Made by a program: the position numbers and the translations under genes. DNA of 64,000 bases from Candidatus Margulisiibacteriota bacterium (lineage in GTDB: Bacteria; Margulisbacteria; Marinamargulisbacteria; JBFWNS01). The stretch is from the NCBI GenBank assembly GCA_050250935.1, contig JBFWNS010000007.1:32001-96000 (forward strand). The letters are read 5' to 3'. Shown here piece after piece: positions 30,422-39,922 of the stretch (its first letter is position 1; every line of letters begins with the position of its first letter). Below the pieces are notes generated by a model, which made no database searches, had not been told where the DNA came from, and was given only the letters and a program-made list of their open reading frames with translations.

Positions 30422-31372
30422 GTGGGTATGTCTGTGATGTCTATCTTTCGACGGTTTTCTTTTTTGTTTCGAACTCGAAACGAGGCGGTTTCTACGGCGC
30501 ATTTGGCCCGTCAAAAACAAGAGGGTCGGCCTGTCCCTAAAATAAAATTTGGTAATGTGGTTCGAAAAGGGGCGCCAACACCCTTACATATGGAGCTGTA
30601 TGTGATTTTATTGGGGGCCTCTTGGTGGCAAGTGCTCTTGCTGTTGGGCCTTGCCTATCTTCTGATTAACGCAGGGTTTGCCCTGTTGTATTTGTTGCAT
30701 CCGGGTAGCATTACAATGACGGTGGAAGGCTCTTTTTGGGAGGCTTTCTTTTTTAGTGTTCAAACCATGTCCACCATTGGCTATGGGGTGTTGGCCCCGG
30801 CCTCGTTTTATGGCAATTGCTTGGTCACACTGGAATCGGCTGTGGGATTGCTGGGTGTTGCCTTGGTGACGGGGTTAACCTTTGCCAAAATTTCCAGGCC
30901 CCGAGCGGCCGTTGTGTTTAGTAAGCCCATTGTTGTTGCGAATTATCATGGTAAACCGACCTTGATGTTTCGGGTGGGCAATGCCCGGGGCAGTGAAATC
31001 ATCGAAGCGGTGATGAGTGTGAGTGTTCTTCAAGACGAACTGTCCCCAGAAGGCCAACATTTGCGCCGTATCCACGATTTGCATTTGGTGCGGAGCAGAA
31101 CCCCATTTTTTCTGCTCAGTTGGACGGTGATGCATGTGATTGATGAAAAAAGTCCCTTGTGGGGTATCGATTGGGAGAAGCCCGATTTGTCCTTTATTTC
31201 GATCGCGGCAACCTTGGTGGGCCATGATGCGGCGTATAGCCAAACCACCTTTGCCCGCCACATGTATTTGCCCGAAGATGTGGAGCCCAACCGGCAGTTT
31301 GTGGATGTGATTCACCAGCTGACAGACGGACGCATGATGATCGATTACACCAAATTCCACGAGTTGGTCTAG
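30422..31372 (+). CDS. Inward-rectifier K+ channel (KirBac-like)
   Basis: AFFFSVQTMSTIGYG selectivity filter; FAK..RP, PTLMFRVGN.R, WTVMH.IDE.SPL. Confidence 0.93.
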   Translation: MGMSVMSIFRRFSFLFRTRNEAVSTAHLARQKQEGRPVPKIKFGNVVRKGAPTPLHMELYVILLGASWWQVLLLLGLAYLLINAGFALLYLLHPGSITMTVEGSFWEAFFFSVQTMSTIGYGVLAPASFYGNCLVTLESAVGLLGVALVTGLTFAKISRPRAAVVFSKPIVVANYHGKPTLMFRVGNARGSEIIEAVMSVSVLQDELSPEGQHLRRIHDLHLVRSRTPFFLLSWTVMHVIDEKSPLWGIDWEKPDLSFISIAATLVGHDAAYSQTTFARHMYLPEDVEPNRQFVDVIHQLTDGRMMIDYTKFHELV

Positions 31373-32637
31373 GCGGCGGCTGTTTCGATCCAGATTTCCA
31401 CTCGAATCAGGCGGCGCTTGCTGATTTCTTTGATCACAAAGCGCAGATTTTCGTAGGTGATGGATTCGCCTTTGGTGGGAAAACGGCCCAACAAGTTCAG
31501 CACAAATCCGCCAAGGGTATCGTAGTCTTCTTCCTTGGGGAATTCGCAACTTAAGCGGGCGGCCAGGTCCTCCAAATTCATTCGGGCATCCACGCTGTAG
31601 TGGTTTTCGGCCAATTCCAATAGCTCTGGGGGTTCTTCGGTGTCGTATTCGTCTTGAATGTCCCCAATCAGCTCTTCGATGATGTCTTCTAGGGTGACAA
31701 CCCCGGCCAAACCCCCATATTCATCCACCACAATGGCGATATGAAATTTGCTTTTTTTCATCTGATAAAACAGCTCTTCGATGTTCTTGGTTTCGGGGAT
31801 GAAAATGGCGTCTCGCAAAAGATCGTTTAGGGGTTTTTCGGGAGAGCCTAGGGTGGTGAGCAGGTCTTTGGCATAGATCATACCCACAATGTTGTCGACG
31901 GTCTCTTCGTAAACAGGGATTCGGGAATGTCCCTTGTCGAGGGCAATGGCGATGGCATCGGCGACTGTTTGGTTGCGTTCGATACAAACTGTATCGCTTC
32001 GGGGAGTCATGATTTCGCGAACGATGGTTTCGGAAAATTCAAAGATGCTGTGAATGACTTCTTGTTCTTCTTGTTCAAGCAGGTTGTCTTCTTTGGGCGC
32101 TCTTAAGGCGGGTTTAAGGTCGTTTGTGGTTAAAAATCGGTTGGCATTGTCGGCAGAAACCCGAAACAGTTTCGAGAACAGCACCACCGTTTTGGTGAAA
32201 AACCAGAGGGGAATGGCCGAAATTTTTAGATAGACCGTTAAAATGGGCGTAACCCACAAAGCCGATCGTTCTGGGTTTCTCAGGGCCAAAGTGCGGGGGA
32301 AAATTTCCAATCCCACCATGACAATCAAAAACTGAAAAATCAGAAATAAAAAGACAGCTTTAAACGAAAGGGCAATAAACAATAAAAAAAACCGAAACAG
32401 GGCAAATAGGGCGACCAGATAGGAAAAATGTTTGCCCAAAAGCAGACCGGCCAAGAGGCGCTTGGGTTCGGAAAGCAGCTGTTGCAGCCGTTTGGAAAAC
32501 CGAATGTTTCGGGCGGCCAAGTGTTTTAGTTTATAGCGACTGACGGCTTGAAGCGAGGCTTCTGCAAAGGTAAATGCGGCGGTTAAGGGTAAAAAAACAA
32601 CGGCGGCCACGAGGGCCACACTTAAGTCACTGTCCAA
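31369..32637 (-). CDS. CNNM/hemolysin-family transporter (DUF21-CBS-CorC)
   Basis: N-terminal TMs, VREIMTPR, HSRIPVY, AIVVDEYGG..G.VTLEDIIEE..GDI.DEYD, TLGG. Confidence 0.92.
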   Translation of the reverse strand: MDSDLSVALVAAVVFLPLTAAFTFAEASLQAVSRYKLKHLAARNIRFSKRLQQLLSEPKRLLAGLLLGKHFSYLVALFALFRFFLLFIALSFKAVFLFLIFQFLIVMVGLEIFPRTLALRNPERSALWVTPILTVYLKISAIPLWFFTKTVVLFSKLFRVSADNANRFLTTNDLKPALRAPKEDNLLEQEEQEVIHSIFEFSETIVREIMTPRSDTVCIERNQTVADAIAIALDKGHSRIPVYEETVDNIVGMIYAKDLLTTLGSPEKPLNDLLRDAIFIPETKNIEELFYQMKKSKFHIAIVVDEYGGLAGVVTLEDIIEELIGDIQDEYDTEEPPELLELAENHYSVDARMNLEDLAARLSCEFPKEEDYDTLGGFVLNLLGRFPTKGESITYENLRFVIKEISKRRLIRVEIWIETAAA

Positions 32638-33022
32638 AGTGTCCTCCTAAATAGATCGACATAACGCTAGCCAACTTGTGGAAAAAAAGCAAATAGCCAA
32701 CAACCAGGGCATTGAATACAGCCATCAAAACGGCTCCGGCAGCCACATCTTTGCTGATTTTGGCGCGGGGTCGCCATTTTTTGGTGACCATGTCCACGGT
32801 GCATTCCAGGGCCGTATTGAAGGCTTCTGCAATCAAGACCAAGGCAATGCTGATGCATAATATGCCCCATTTTGAGGGACTTAAACCCAACTTTATCCCA
32901 AGCCCAATGGCCACCAATCCCATGGCCCCATGAATGCGCATGTTGCGCTGGGATTTGAACACGTAAACCAAGCCGGAGGCCGCATCCCAGAGGCTGTGAA
33001 ACAGGGTGCGATTGGGTTTCAT
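32627..33022 (-). CDS. dgkA: Diacylglycerol/undecaprenol kinase family
   Basis: RNMRIH, EAFNTALE..VD, KDVAAGAVL; synteny with ybeY. Confidence 0.9.
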   Translation of the reverse strand: MKPNRTLFHSLWDAASGLVYVFKSQRNMRIHGAMGLVAIGLGIKLGLSPSKWGILCISIALVLIAEAFNTALECTVDMVTKKWRPRAKISKDVAAGAVLMAVFNALVVGYLLFFHKLASVMSIYLGGHFGQ

Positions 33023-33465
33023 GGGTGTAGCGCCAGCAAGCGGTCTTGCTCGGCCTCCATGTTGGCCCGATCTTCGGGGGAATAATCCTCGTAGCCCAGG
33101 GTGTGTAAAATCCCGTGAATGATCAACAACTTTAGCTCGCTTTCCAGGCTTTTTTGATAGTGATTGGCGTTGTCTTGGGCTTGATCCAGACAAATGTAAA
33201 TGTCGGCAATGGGGTCTTCTTCGTCTTCGGCCAAATTAAAACTGATGATGTCGGTGATGTAGTCCCGGTTCAGATAGGCTTGGTTGATGCGCATGATTTC
33301 GTCTTCATCAACCAGGGTAAAGGTAAAGCTGCCGGCTTGAACCCCTTTTTCGGCCAAGATGGTTTTGGCAAAGGGCGTGAAATCGGGTAAGGCCGCGTCT
33401 GATGTGCCGTTAATCTGGACGTTGAGCAAGGCTTTTGATCTCGTCTTCATAGTCGATACGGGCAT
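33019..33465 (-). CDS. ybeY: rRNA maturation endoribonuclease YbeY (start uncertain)
   Basis: N..YL.RDY.TDIISF, DIYIC, HGILH.LGY. Confidence 0.9.
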   Translation of the reverse strand: MPVSTMKTRSKALLNVQINGTSDAALPDFTPFAKTILAEKGVQAGSFTFTLVDEDEIMRINQAYLNRDYITDIISFNLAEDEEDPIADIYICLDQAQDNANHYQKSLESELKLLIIHGILHTLGYEDYSPEDRANMEAEQDRLLALHP

Positions 33466-34954
33466 GGTAAATCCCGCGAAACAGGCTTAAGAAGGTTTCC
33501 CGAATGGTGTGGATTTCTTTAAGGGTGAGGGGACAATCGTCGAATTGATTGTCGTCGAGTTTGTGTTTGAAAATTTTGTCGATCATGGCTTCGATTTTGG
33601 CAAAGGTTGTTTTTTCCATGGACCGAATGGCGGCTTCAACCGAATCGGCCAGCATCAGAATACCGGCTTCTTTGAACTGGGGTTTGGGGCCGGGATAACG
33701 GAAGGCATCTTTTTCCAATTCGGGAGATTTAATGTGTTCGGTCTGGATGGCTTGGGTAAAGAAAAAGGACACCAAGGTGGTGCCGTGGTGTTGGGCAATA
33801 AAAGATTTGAGGATGGGCGGCAGTTTATAAATATCGGCCAATTCCAAGCCGTCCCGAACATGGGAGGCGATAATCAGCTTGCTCATGCGGGGCGAAAGGC
33901 CATGATGGGGGTTTTGTCCCACCTGGTTTTCGGTAAAAAAGAGGGGGCGTTTCATTTTGCCAATGTCGTGAAAATAGGCCCCAACCCGGGCCAAAATGGG
34001 GTCTGCACCCACGGCTTCGGCTGCGGCTTCGGCCAGGTTGCCCACCATCAGGCTGTGTTGGTAGGTGCCCGGTGCTGTTACCATGAGTTTTTTAAGTAGG
34101 GGGTGGCTTAAATCGGAAAGCTCCAACAACGAATGGTGGGTGGTAATGCGAAACGCCATTTCCAAATAGGGCAGGAGCCCCAGAGAAATCATGGCGGACA
34201 AAACACCCCCACAAAACCCAAGGCCACAGTTGACGGTATACCAAAATGGGTCTGTAATTTGGTTAAACAACCCAAAGACCACCACCAATACGGCCTGGAA
34301 CAGACCCAAAACATGGCCGGATAAAATTGTTTCGTTGCGGCGATAACGACGGTAGCTGACAAAAGTGCCCACGCAGCTGGATAAAAACAGGTATAAGAAA
34401 ACGTCCAAAGAGCCTTTGAACAGTAGGGTTACCAAAACACTGGCGATGGTGCCGCAGAGCAAGGACACATTGGGTGTTACCAAAATCGAGATGGTAATGG
34501 ATATGACGGCAATGGGCACCACATAGGGCAGATAGAGGGTCTCTGGAACCAAGGGAGCCATTTGCAGGAATTTGGCGATGATCAGGACCACCACAATCAC
34601 AAAATAGGTCAAAACAAAGTATTTAATGTTTTTATAAATGCGGGCATAAAAATAATAGACAAAGCGTTCCAAAAGAAAGCTTAGCAAAATCACAATCAGC
34701 AATATACCAATAAATTTGAGGCTATTGGCTTCGGGGGCAGCGGTTAAGGGCAGATGCTGAGCAGCGTTTCGATGAACCGTTTCGCCCTTATAGAGGAGGG
34801 GCGTATGGCCTTTTAGATAGGCTTCGTCGTTGTTGCATACCATGTAGGGCGAGAACACCAGTAAGGCGACGAACAGCGTTCCCAGAATCCAGGAAACTGT
34901 GAACAAAACCCATTGTATGCGTTTGCTTTTAAGAAATTCGAATCCAGTGAACAT
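33410..34954 (-). CDS. pgpH: 7TM-HD phosphohydrolase (PgpH-like c-di-AMP phosphodiesterase)
   Basis: Multi-TM; LLELSD..HPLL, APGTYQHS, HDIGK, QHHGT, FRYPGPKP, MLADSVEAA. Confidence 0.85.
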   Translation of the reverse strand: MFTGFEFLKSKRIQWVLFTVSWILGTLFVALLVFSPYMVCNNDEAYLKGHTPLLYKGETVHRNAAQHLPLTAAPEANSLKFIGILLIVILLSFLLERFVYYFYARIYKNIKYFVLTYFVIVVVLIIAKFLQMAPLVPETLYLPYVVPIAVISITISILVTPNVSLLCGTIASVLVTLLFKGSLDVFLYLFLSSCVGTFVSYRRYRRNETILSGHVLGLFQAVLVVVFGLFNQITDPFWYTVNCGLGFCGGVLSAMISLGLLPYLEMAFRITTHHSLLELSDLSHPLLKKLMVTAPGTYQHSLMVGNLAEAAAEAVGADPILARVGAYFHDIGKMKRPLFFTENQVGQNPHHGLSPRMSKLIIASHVRDGLELADIYKLPPILKSFIAQHHGTTLVSFFFTQAIQTEHIKSPELEKDAFRYPGPKPQFKEAGILMLADSVEAAIRSMEKTTFAKIEAMIDKIFKHKLDDNQFDDCPLTLKEIHTIRETFLSLFRGIYHARIDYEDEIKSLAQRPD

Positions 34955-35798
34955 GGTTAAATCGCTTGAACCAGGTCATTTGCCGTTTGGAAAATTGGCG
35001 GGTTCTTGCTTTGATCCAGTCTAGCATCTCTTGATAGCCAATGTCACCGTGAAGGTAGGCAATGGTTTCTTTGTAGCCGATGGCCTCGAAGGCATTGAGG
35101 GTGGGGGGATAGGTTTTAAGCAGGGTTTCCACCTCTTGGACCAGACCTTCGGCCATCATGGCGTCGATGCGTTTTTCGATGCGGTCGACCACGATAGGGC
35201 GGTCGGCGGTTAAACCAATGAGGCGCACGTCGTCGCGTTGCTGTTGGGTTTTGGGTTGGGCTTGGGAGATTTGGGTTCCGGTTAGGGTGAAAAATTCCAG
35301 AGCCCGCATGACCCGCTTTAGGTTTTGGGGATGAATCGCGGACGCTGCATCCGGATCGAGTTGTTGAAGCCGTTCCCAGAGGGCTTGTTCGCCGTTCATG
35401 GCCGCTTCGATTTCGAGTTCTTTGCGAATGGCTGGGTCGTGGGTTGGGGTTGGGCTGAGGGTGTATTGATTCAAAAAAGCTTGCAAATACAGGCCGGTTC
35501 CCCCGCAGATCACAATGGGTTTTCTGGCCTGGCGCAGGGTGCTGATGAGGGCCGCGGTTTTTTCTAAAAAATGGGCCACAGAATAGGGCTCGGTGGGTTC
35601 CAGTTCGTCGATGAGGTGGTGGGGAACGGCTTGGCGCTGGGCCAGGCTGGGTTTGGCGGTGCCAATGTCCAGGTGTCGGTAAATTTGAAATGCATCGGCC
35701 GAGAGGATGTGGGCCCCTGTTTCCAAGGCCAGTTGGACGGCGTAATCGGATTTGCCAATGGCCGTGGGGCCGATGACCACCGTAATGTCGGGTGTCAT
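34929..35798 (-). CDS. miaA: tRNA dimethylallyltransferase
   Basis: GPTA.GKS, D..QIYR.LDIGTAKP, HHLID, GGTGLY, AIGYKE, KRQ.TWF. Confidence 0.96.
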   Translation of the reverse strand: MTPDITVVIGPTAIGKSDYAVQLALETGAHILSADAFQIYRHLDIGTAKPSLAQRQAVPHHLIDELEPTEPYSVAHFLEKTAALISTLRQARKPIVICGGTGLYLQAFLNQYTLSPTPTHDPAIRKELEIEAAMNGEQALWERLQQLDPDAASAIHPQNLKRVMRALEFFTLTGTQISQAQPKTQQQRDDVRLIGLTADRPIVVDRIEKRIDAMMAEGLVQEVETLLKTYPPTLNAFEAIGYKETIAYLHGDIGYQEMLDWIKARTRQFSKRQMTWFKRFNHVHWIRIS

Positions 35799-36652
35799 TG
35801 GGGGGGAATCAGTGTGTTGCGTTGGGTTTGGGTGGTGAAGAGTTGGTCCAAAAGGCTGGCGTGATGGCCGGTTTTTAAAGTGGCTTGGAGATTTGAAAGT
35901 TGGGTGATGGCCGCTTCTATGCCTTGGAGTACGGTGTTTTTGTTGCCTTCCAGAACCTCGCATCCCCAGTGGGGAGAAGACCCTGACACACGGGTGGTGT
36001 CCCGAAAGCCTGGTCCCAAAAGGGTGGCCAAGGTGGCCTGGTCTTTGTCCGACAATAACGCTGTGATGCCAGCCGTTACCGAGGCCAGCACATAGGGCAA
36101 ATGGGAAGCATAGGCCAAAAGCCTGTCGTGGGTGGGGGCATCCAGTTCGACTGTTTTTGGGGTCAGGGTTTGGATCAAGGTTTTAAAGGCTGTGTAGCGA
36201 GGATCGGGGGTGGTGGGGGGAATCAGGATATAAGGGGCGTTGTCAAAAAGGGAGGCATCGGCAGCGGCAAAACCGGTTTCGGCCTTGCCAGCCATGGGGT
36301 GACCGCTGATAAACAGATGGGGCGATACCTCGGAAATCCCTGCCAAAACTGGGGCTTTAACGCTGGCCACATCGGTTAAAAGGGTTGGGGTTTTCAGCTG
36401 GGTTGCGAGGGTGTTTAAGGTGGCTGCGACCTGGGAAATCGGTGTGCAGACAAAAACAAGGTCCACACCATCAGGGATATCGTGTAAACCCGTACCGGCT
36501 CGGGTTAACAAGGGCTTGGCCAGAACCAAGGTGTCGGGGTTCGGGTCAATCCCAATCAGATTCAAAGCCGGGTGTTTGGCCTTGAAGGCTTTGGCCAGGG
36601 ATCCGCCAATCAATCCCAATCCCACAATGGCGATGGTGTTTAAGCGGGTCAT
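35795..36652 (-). CDS. tyrA: Prephenate dehydrogenase
   Basis: GLGLIGGS, TDVASVK, HPMAG.E..GF, HD...A..SHLP, GFRD.TR. Confidence 0.92.
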   Translation of the reverse strand: MTRLNTIAIVGLGLIGGSLAKAFKAKHPALNLIGIDPNPDTLVLAKPLLTRAGTGLHDIPDGVDLVFVCTPISQVAATLNTLATQLKTPTLLTDVASVKAPVLAGISEVSPHLFISGHPMAGKAETGFAAADASLFDNAPYILIPPTTPDPRYTAFKTLIQTLTPKTVELDAPTHDRLLAYASHLPYVLASVTAGITALLSDKDQATLATLLGPGFRDTTRVSGSSPHWGCEVLEGNKNTVLQGIEAAITQLSNLQATLKTGHHASLLDQLFTTQTQRNTLIPPQ

Positions 36653-37026
36653 TGGGCTTGGTCGGGTTTGGCGTGGTCGGGTCTAAGGGCCGCTGCGCCT
36701 TTCAGATAGACGTGCACCAGATCGCGTTGGGATTTTTCGGTGTTTAAGTGAATCAGAACCCGAATGCATTGGGCCAAACTGCCGGGGACGGAAATTTCTG
36801 TCATACAAATTAAAGGAACATGAACAAAGCCCAATTCCCGACCCGCCACGGCTGGAAATTCGGCGTTAAGGTCTTGGGTAGCCGTAAAAAAAATCGAAGC
36901 AATGGCTTCCGAATCGATGTCGTTTTCTTGAACCAAGGTTTCCAAGAGCAATTTGGTTTCGGCGACAATGGCCGTTTTTGTGTTTTCAGCGACCGTAATC
37001 GCGCCGCGAATGCCCCGACAAATCAT
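36649..37026 (-). CDS. aroH: Chorismate mutase AroH class
   Basis: RGIRGA, FT.T.DL.A.FPA, E..V.GSL..CIR, HVYL.GA..LRPD. Confidence 0.95.
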   Translation of the reverse strand: MICRGIRGAITVAENTKTAIVAETKLLLETLVQENDIDSEAIASIFFTATQDLNAEFPAVAGRELGFVHVPLICMTEISVPGSLAQCIRVLIHLNTEKSQRDLVHVYLKGAAALRPDHAKPDQAQ

Positions 37027-37558
37027 GGGTAAGCTCCTTTGTGAGTGCGGTGATGACCTCGGATTTTGGGGTGAGGTTTCCTGTGACTTGGTAAAACGAA
37101 ATGGCCGAAACATCCAAGGGCTTTGGGAACTCGGCTTGATTCAGATTCAAACCGATGCCGATGATACTGTATTTTGGTCCTTTTGCCGAGGCATTGACCA
37201 CGGTTTCAACCAAAATGCCACCCACTTTTCGCCCGTCTAGAATCAGATCGTTGGGCCATTCGATCTCGGGGCTGGGGAGTCCCAATTTCTGGAGGGCCGC
37301 TACGATGGTGTGGGCAATTTGAACCGTAAAATCCGAAGGTAAGGGGTCTTGGCTGGGATTGGGAGCGGCCAGGGTATAGTAGAGGCCACCGTCGTCGGCG
37401 GAATACCAGATCCGTTCGAATTGACCTCGCCCTTGGGTTTGAACATCGGCACTTAATTGGAGCCAGGTGTTGTTGGGCAAGGTGGGCAAACGGCGTTTGG
37501 CTTCAAGGTTTGTGGAATCGAGGGTGGCGAAATGTTCAGTTTGCAGTGAGATCGTCAT
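36986..37558 (-). CDS. birA: Biotin-[acetyl-CoA-carboxylase] ligase (no HTH)
   Basis: DSTN, QT.GRGQ..R.W, WPND....RKVGGILVE, GIGLN. Confidence 0.92.
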   Translation of the reverse strand: MTISLQTEHFATLDSTNLEAKRRLPTLPNNTWLQLSADVQTQGRGQFERIWYSADDGGLYYTLAAPNPSQDPLPSDFTVQIAHTIVAALQKLGLPSPEIEWPNDLILDGRKVGGILVETVVNASAKGPKYSIIGIGLNLNQAEFPKPLDVSAISFYQVTGNLTPKSEVITALTKELTHDLSGHSRRDYGR

Positions 37559-38517
37559 GAATACAGCCAACATGCAACACCGTGACCTGTGGAATCTACC
37601 TGCCACTGGGGCACTTGGGTGCTGCAGTGGGGCATGGCCTTGGGGCATCGGGTGTGAAAACGACAGCCCGAGGGCAAATTCATGGGGCTGGGGATGTCGC
37701 CTTTGAGCAACTCGGGTTTGTGTTTGTGGTCGGGGTCGGGATTGGGAATGGCCCCAATCAGGGCTTGGGTATAGGGGTGTTGAGGGTGTTTAAAAATGTG
37801 GGCCGGGGTTCCGCTTTCAATAATTTTGCCCAAATACATCACTAAAATAAAATCACAATATTGGGCCACAACCCCCATGTCGTGCGAGATTAATAACACC
37901 GACATGTCGGATTTTAAGTGGTCGAGTAAGGCTAAAACTTGGGCTTGAATGGTCACATCCAGCGAGGCCGTGGGTTCGTCGGCTATCAACAATTTGGGTT
38001 GCATGGCCAAGGTTAAGGCAATCATGATGCGTTGGCACATGCCCAAGGAAAATTGGTGGGGATAGTCGTTTAAACGCACGTCTGGGTCTGGAATGTTGAC
38101 TTGTTTGAGCAGGTCAATGGCAATGGCTTTGGCCTCGGTTTTTGTGGCTTTTCGGTGAAGCTGAATGGTTTCGATCATTTGAGAGCCGATTGAAAAAACA
38201 GGGTTCAGAGCAGCCAGTGGATTTTGAAAAATAAGACCAATGTCCCGACCCCGAACCGCATGCCAGTCTTTGGCCGATTGTTGGCGCAGGTCTTGGCCTT
38301 GCCACCGAATTTCTCCGCCCACCGTTTTGCCATTGGCGGCCAAAAGACCCATCACCGACAAGGCGGTTACACTTTTGCCCGATCCCGATTCGCCGACGAT
38401 ACCCACCATGGTTTTTTCGGGCACCACAAACGAGACATCGTCCACAGCCGTTACGGTATGGCCTTTGACGGTGAACACTGTGTTGAGGTTTTTGACTTCT
38501 AGTAGTGGGGGATTCAT
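37555..38517 (-). CDS. Oligopeptide/dipeptide ABC transporter ATPase (OppD/DppD-like)
   Basis: GESGSGKS, YPHQFS.GM.QR, ADEPT, HPYT, GCRFH.RC. Confidence 0.94.
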   Translation of the reverse strand: MNPPLLEVKNLNTVFTVKGHTVTAVDDVSFVVPEKTMVGIVGESGSGKSVTALSVMGLLAANGKTVGGEIRWQGQDLRQQSAKDWHAVRGRDIGLIFQNPLAALNPVFSIGSQMIETIQLHRKATKTEAKAIAIDLLKQVNIPDPDVRLNDYPHQFSLGMCQRIMIALTLAMQPKLLIADEPTASLDVTIQAQVLALLDHLKSDMSVLLISHDMGVVAQYCDFILVMYLGKIIESGTPAHIFKHPQHPYTQALIGAIPNPDPDHKHKPELLKGDIPSPMNLPSGCRFHTRCPKAMPHCSTQVPQWQVDSTGHGVACWLYS

Positions 38518-38586
38518 TGGGTGGGTATGATAGCGCAGGCCCAAAAATATGGCGACCTTTACTGTGATGCGATAGACTGAAGGGTC

Positions 38587-39231
38587 ATGAACGTTAAGCT
38601 GATCATCTTCGATTTGGATGGCACCCTCATTAACACCCTGCCCGATATCCATGGGTCTTTGAATCGGACCTTGCAGGCGTTTGACTATCCCGAACAGAGC
38701 TTGGACCAAACCAAAGCCCATGTGGGTGATGGCATCGAGTCTTTGCTGTTGCGCTCGGCTGGCGACCCCAATGCCGATGTGGCCCAATTGCGCACCTGGT
38801 TTCGCCAGGACTATCGCCAGCATTTGGTGAATACGTCTGCGCCTTATCCGGGGGTAGAGGCGACTTTAACGGCGCTTCAAACCCGGTCGGACCTTCTGAT
38901 GGCCGTTCTGACCAACAAAATGACAGAGCCTTCTAAAGCTATTTTGGAACGTTTGGGCTTGTCCCATTTTTTTACCCACATTTTGGGCCCGGATGCTTAT
39001 GGGGCTCATAAACCAGACCCCGATGGCATCGAATGGTTGATGGAACACCACCAAATCGCCCCCGAACACACCGTGATGGTGGGGGATGGGGAAGCCGATC
39101 TGATGGCTGCCAAGTCTGCCAAGGTTCGGGCAATTGCCGTTAGCTATGGCTATCGGGATGCCGACAGCCTGTTGCGCTATGCCCCCATTGCGGTGATTGA
39201 TCGGTTTGAGGCGATTTTAGACGTTATCTGA
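38587..39231 (+). CDS. HAD hydrolase, phosphoglycolate phosphatase-like
   Basis: FDLDGTL, TNK, KPDP, MVGD. Confidence 0.9.
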   Translation: MNVKLIIFDLDGTLINTLPDIHGSLNRTLQAFDYPEQSLDQTKAHVGDGIESLLLRSAGDPNADVAQLRTWFRQDYRQHLVNTSAPYPGVEATLTALQTRSDLLMAVLTNKMTEPSKAILERLGLSHFFTHILGPDAYGAHKPDPDGIEWLMEHHQIAPEHTVMVGDGEADLMAAKSAKVRAIAVSYGYRDADSLLRYAPIAVIDRFEAILDVI

Positions 39232-39288
39232 AGTGACTGCGGCATAGCCGTTCACAACCCTTCTGCAACCCGCTACAATGGGGCCACT

Positions 39289-39921
39289 ATGTTGGGTACA
39301 CACCTGTTGGATATGTTTCTTCACCTCGATCAAACCCTAAGTGTGGTGATTGCCGATTTTGGGTTTTTAACCCACTTGATTTTATTTGCCATTATTTTTT
39401 GCGAAACCGGATTGGTGATAGCGCCTTTTTTGCCTGGGGATTCGTTGTTATTTGCAGCCGGTGCTTTTTCTGCAACGGGGTCTTTGAATGGGATCTTGTT
39501 GTTTTTCTTGCTCAGTTTGGCCAGTGTGTTGGGCGATAATCTGAACTATTGGATTGGCCGTTTTTTGGGCAATGCGGTTGCCCAAAGCCAAAGCCGGTTG
39601 ATCAATAAAAAACATATCGAAAAAACCCATGCTTTTTTTGAAGAGCATGGCGACAAAGTGGTTATTTTTGCCCGATTTTTACCCATAGTTAGAACCTTTG
39701 CCCCTTTTGTGGCCGGCATTGGTCGGATGCAGTATCGCACTTTTTTTGCTTATAGCTGTGTGGGAGGTGTTTTGTGGGTTGGGGTTTGTTTGGCAGCAGG
39801 CTATTTTTTTGGGAATTTGTTGATTGTTAAAAATAATTTTGGATTGGTCATTTTGGCGATTATCTTGATTTCGTTGTTGCCAGCCATTCTTAAAGTGTTT
39901 TTTGGCAAAAAATCGGTATGA
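39289..39921 (+). CDS. dedA: DedA family membrane protein
   Basis: F.ETGL...PFLPGDSLLF.AG, GDN.NY..G, ARFLP.VRTFAPFVAG. Confidence 0.93.
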   Translation: MLGTHLLDMFLHLDQTLSVVIADFGFLTHLILFAIIFCETGLVIAPFLPGDSLLFAAGAFSATGSLNGILLFFLLSLASVLGDNLNYWIGRFLGNAVAQSQSRLINKKHIEKTHAFFEEHGDKVVIFARFLPIVRTFAPFVAGIGRMQYRTFFAYSCVGGVLWVGVCLAAGYFFGNLLIVKNNFGLVILAIILISLLPAILKVFFGKKSV

Positions 39922-39922
39922 C

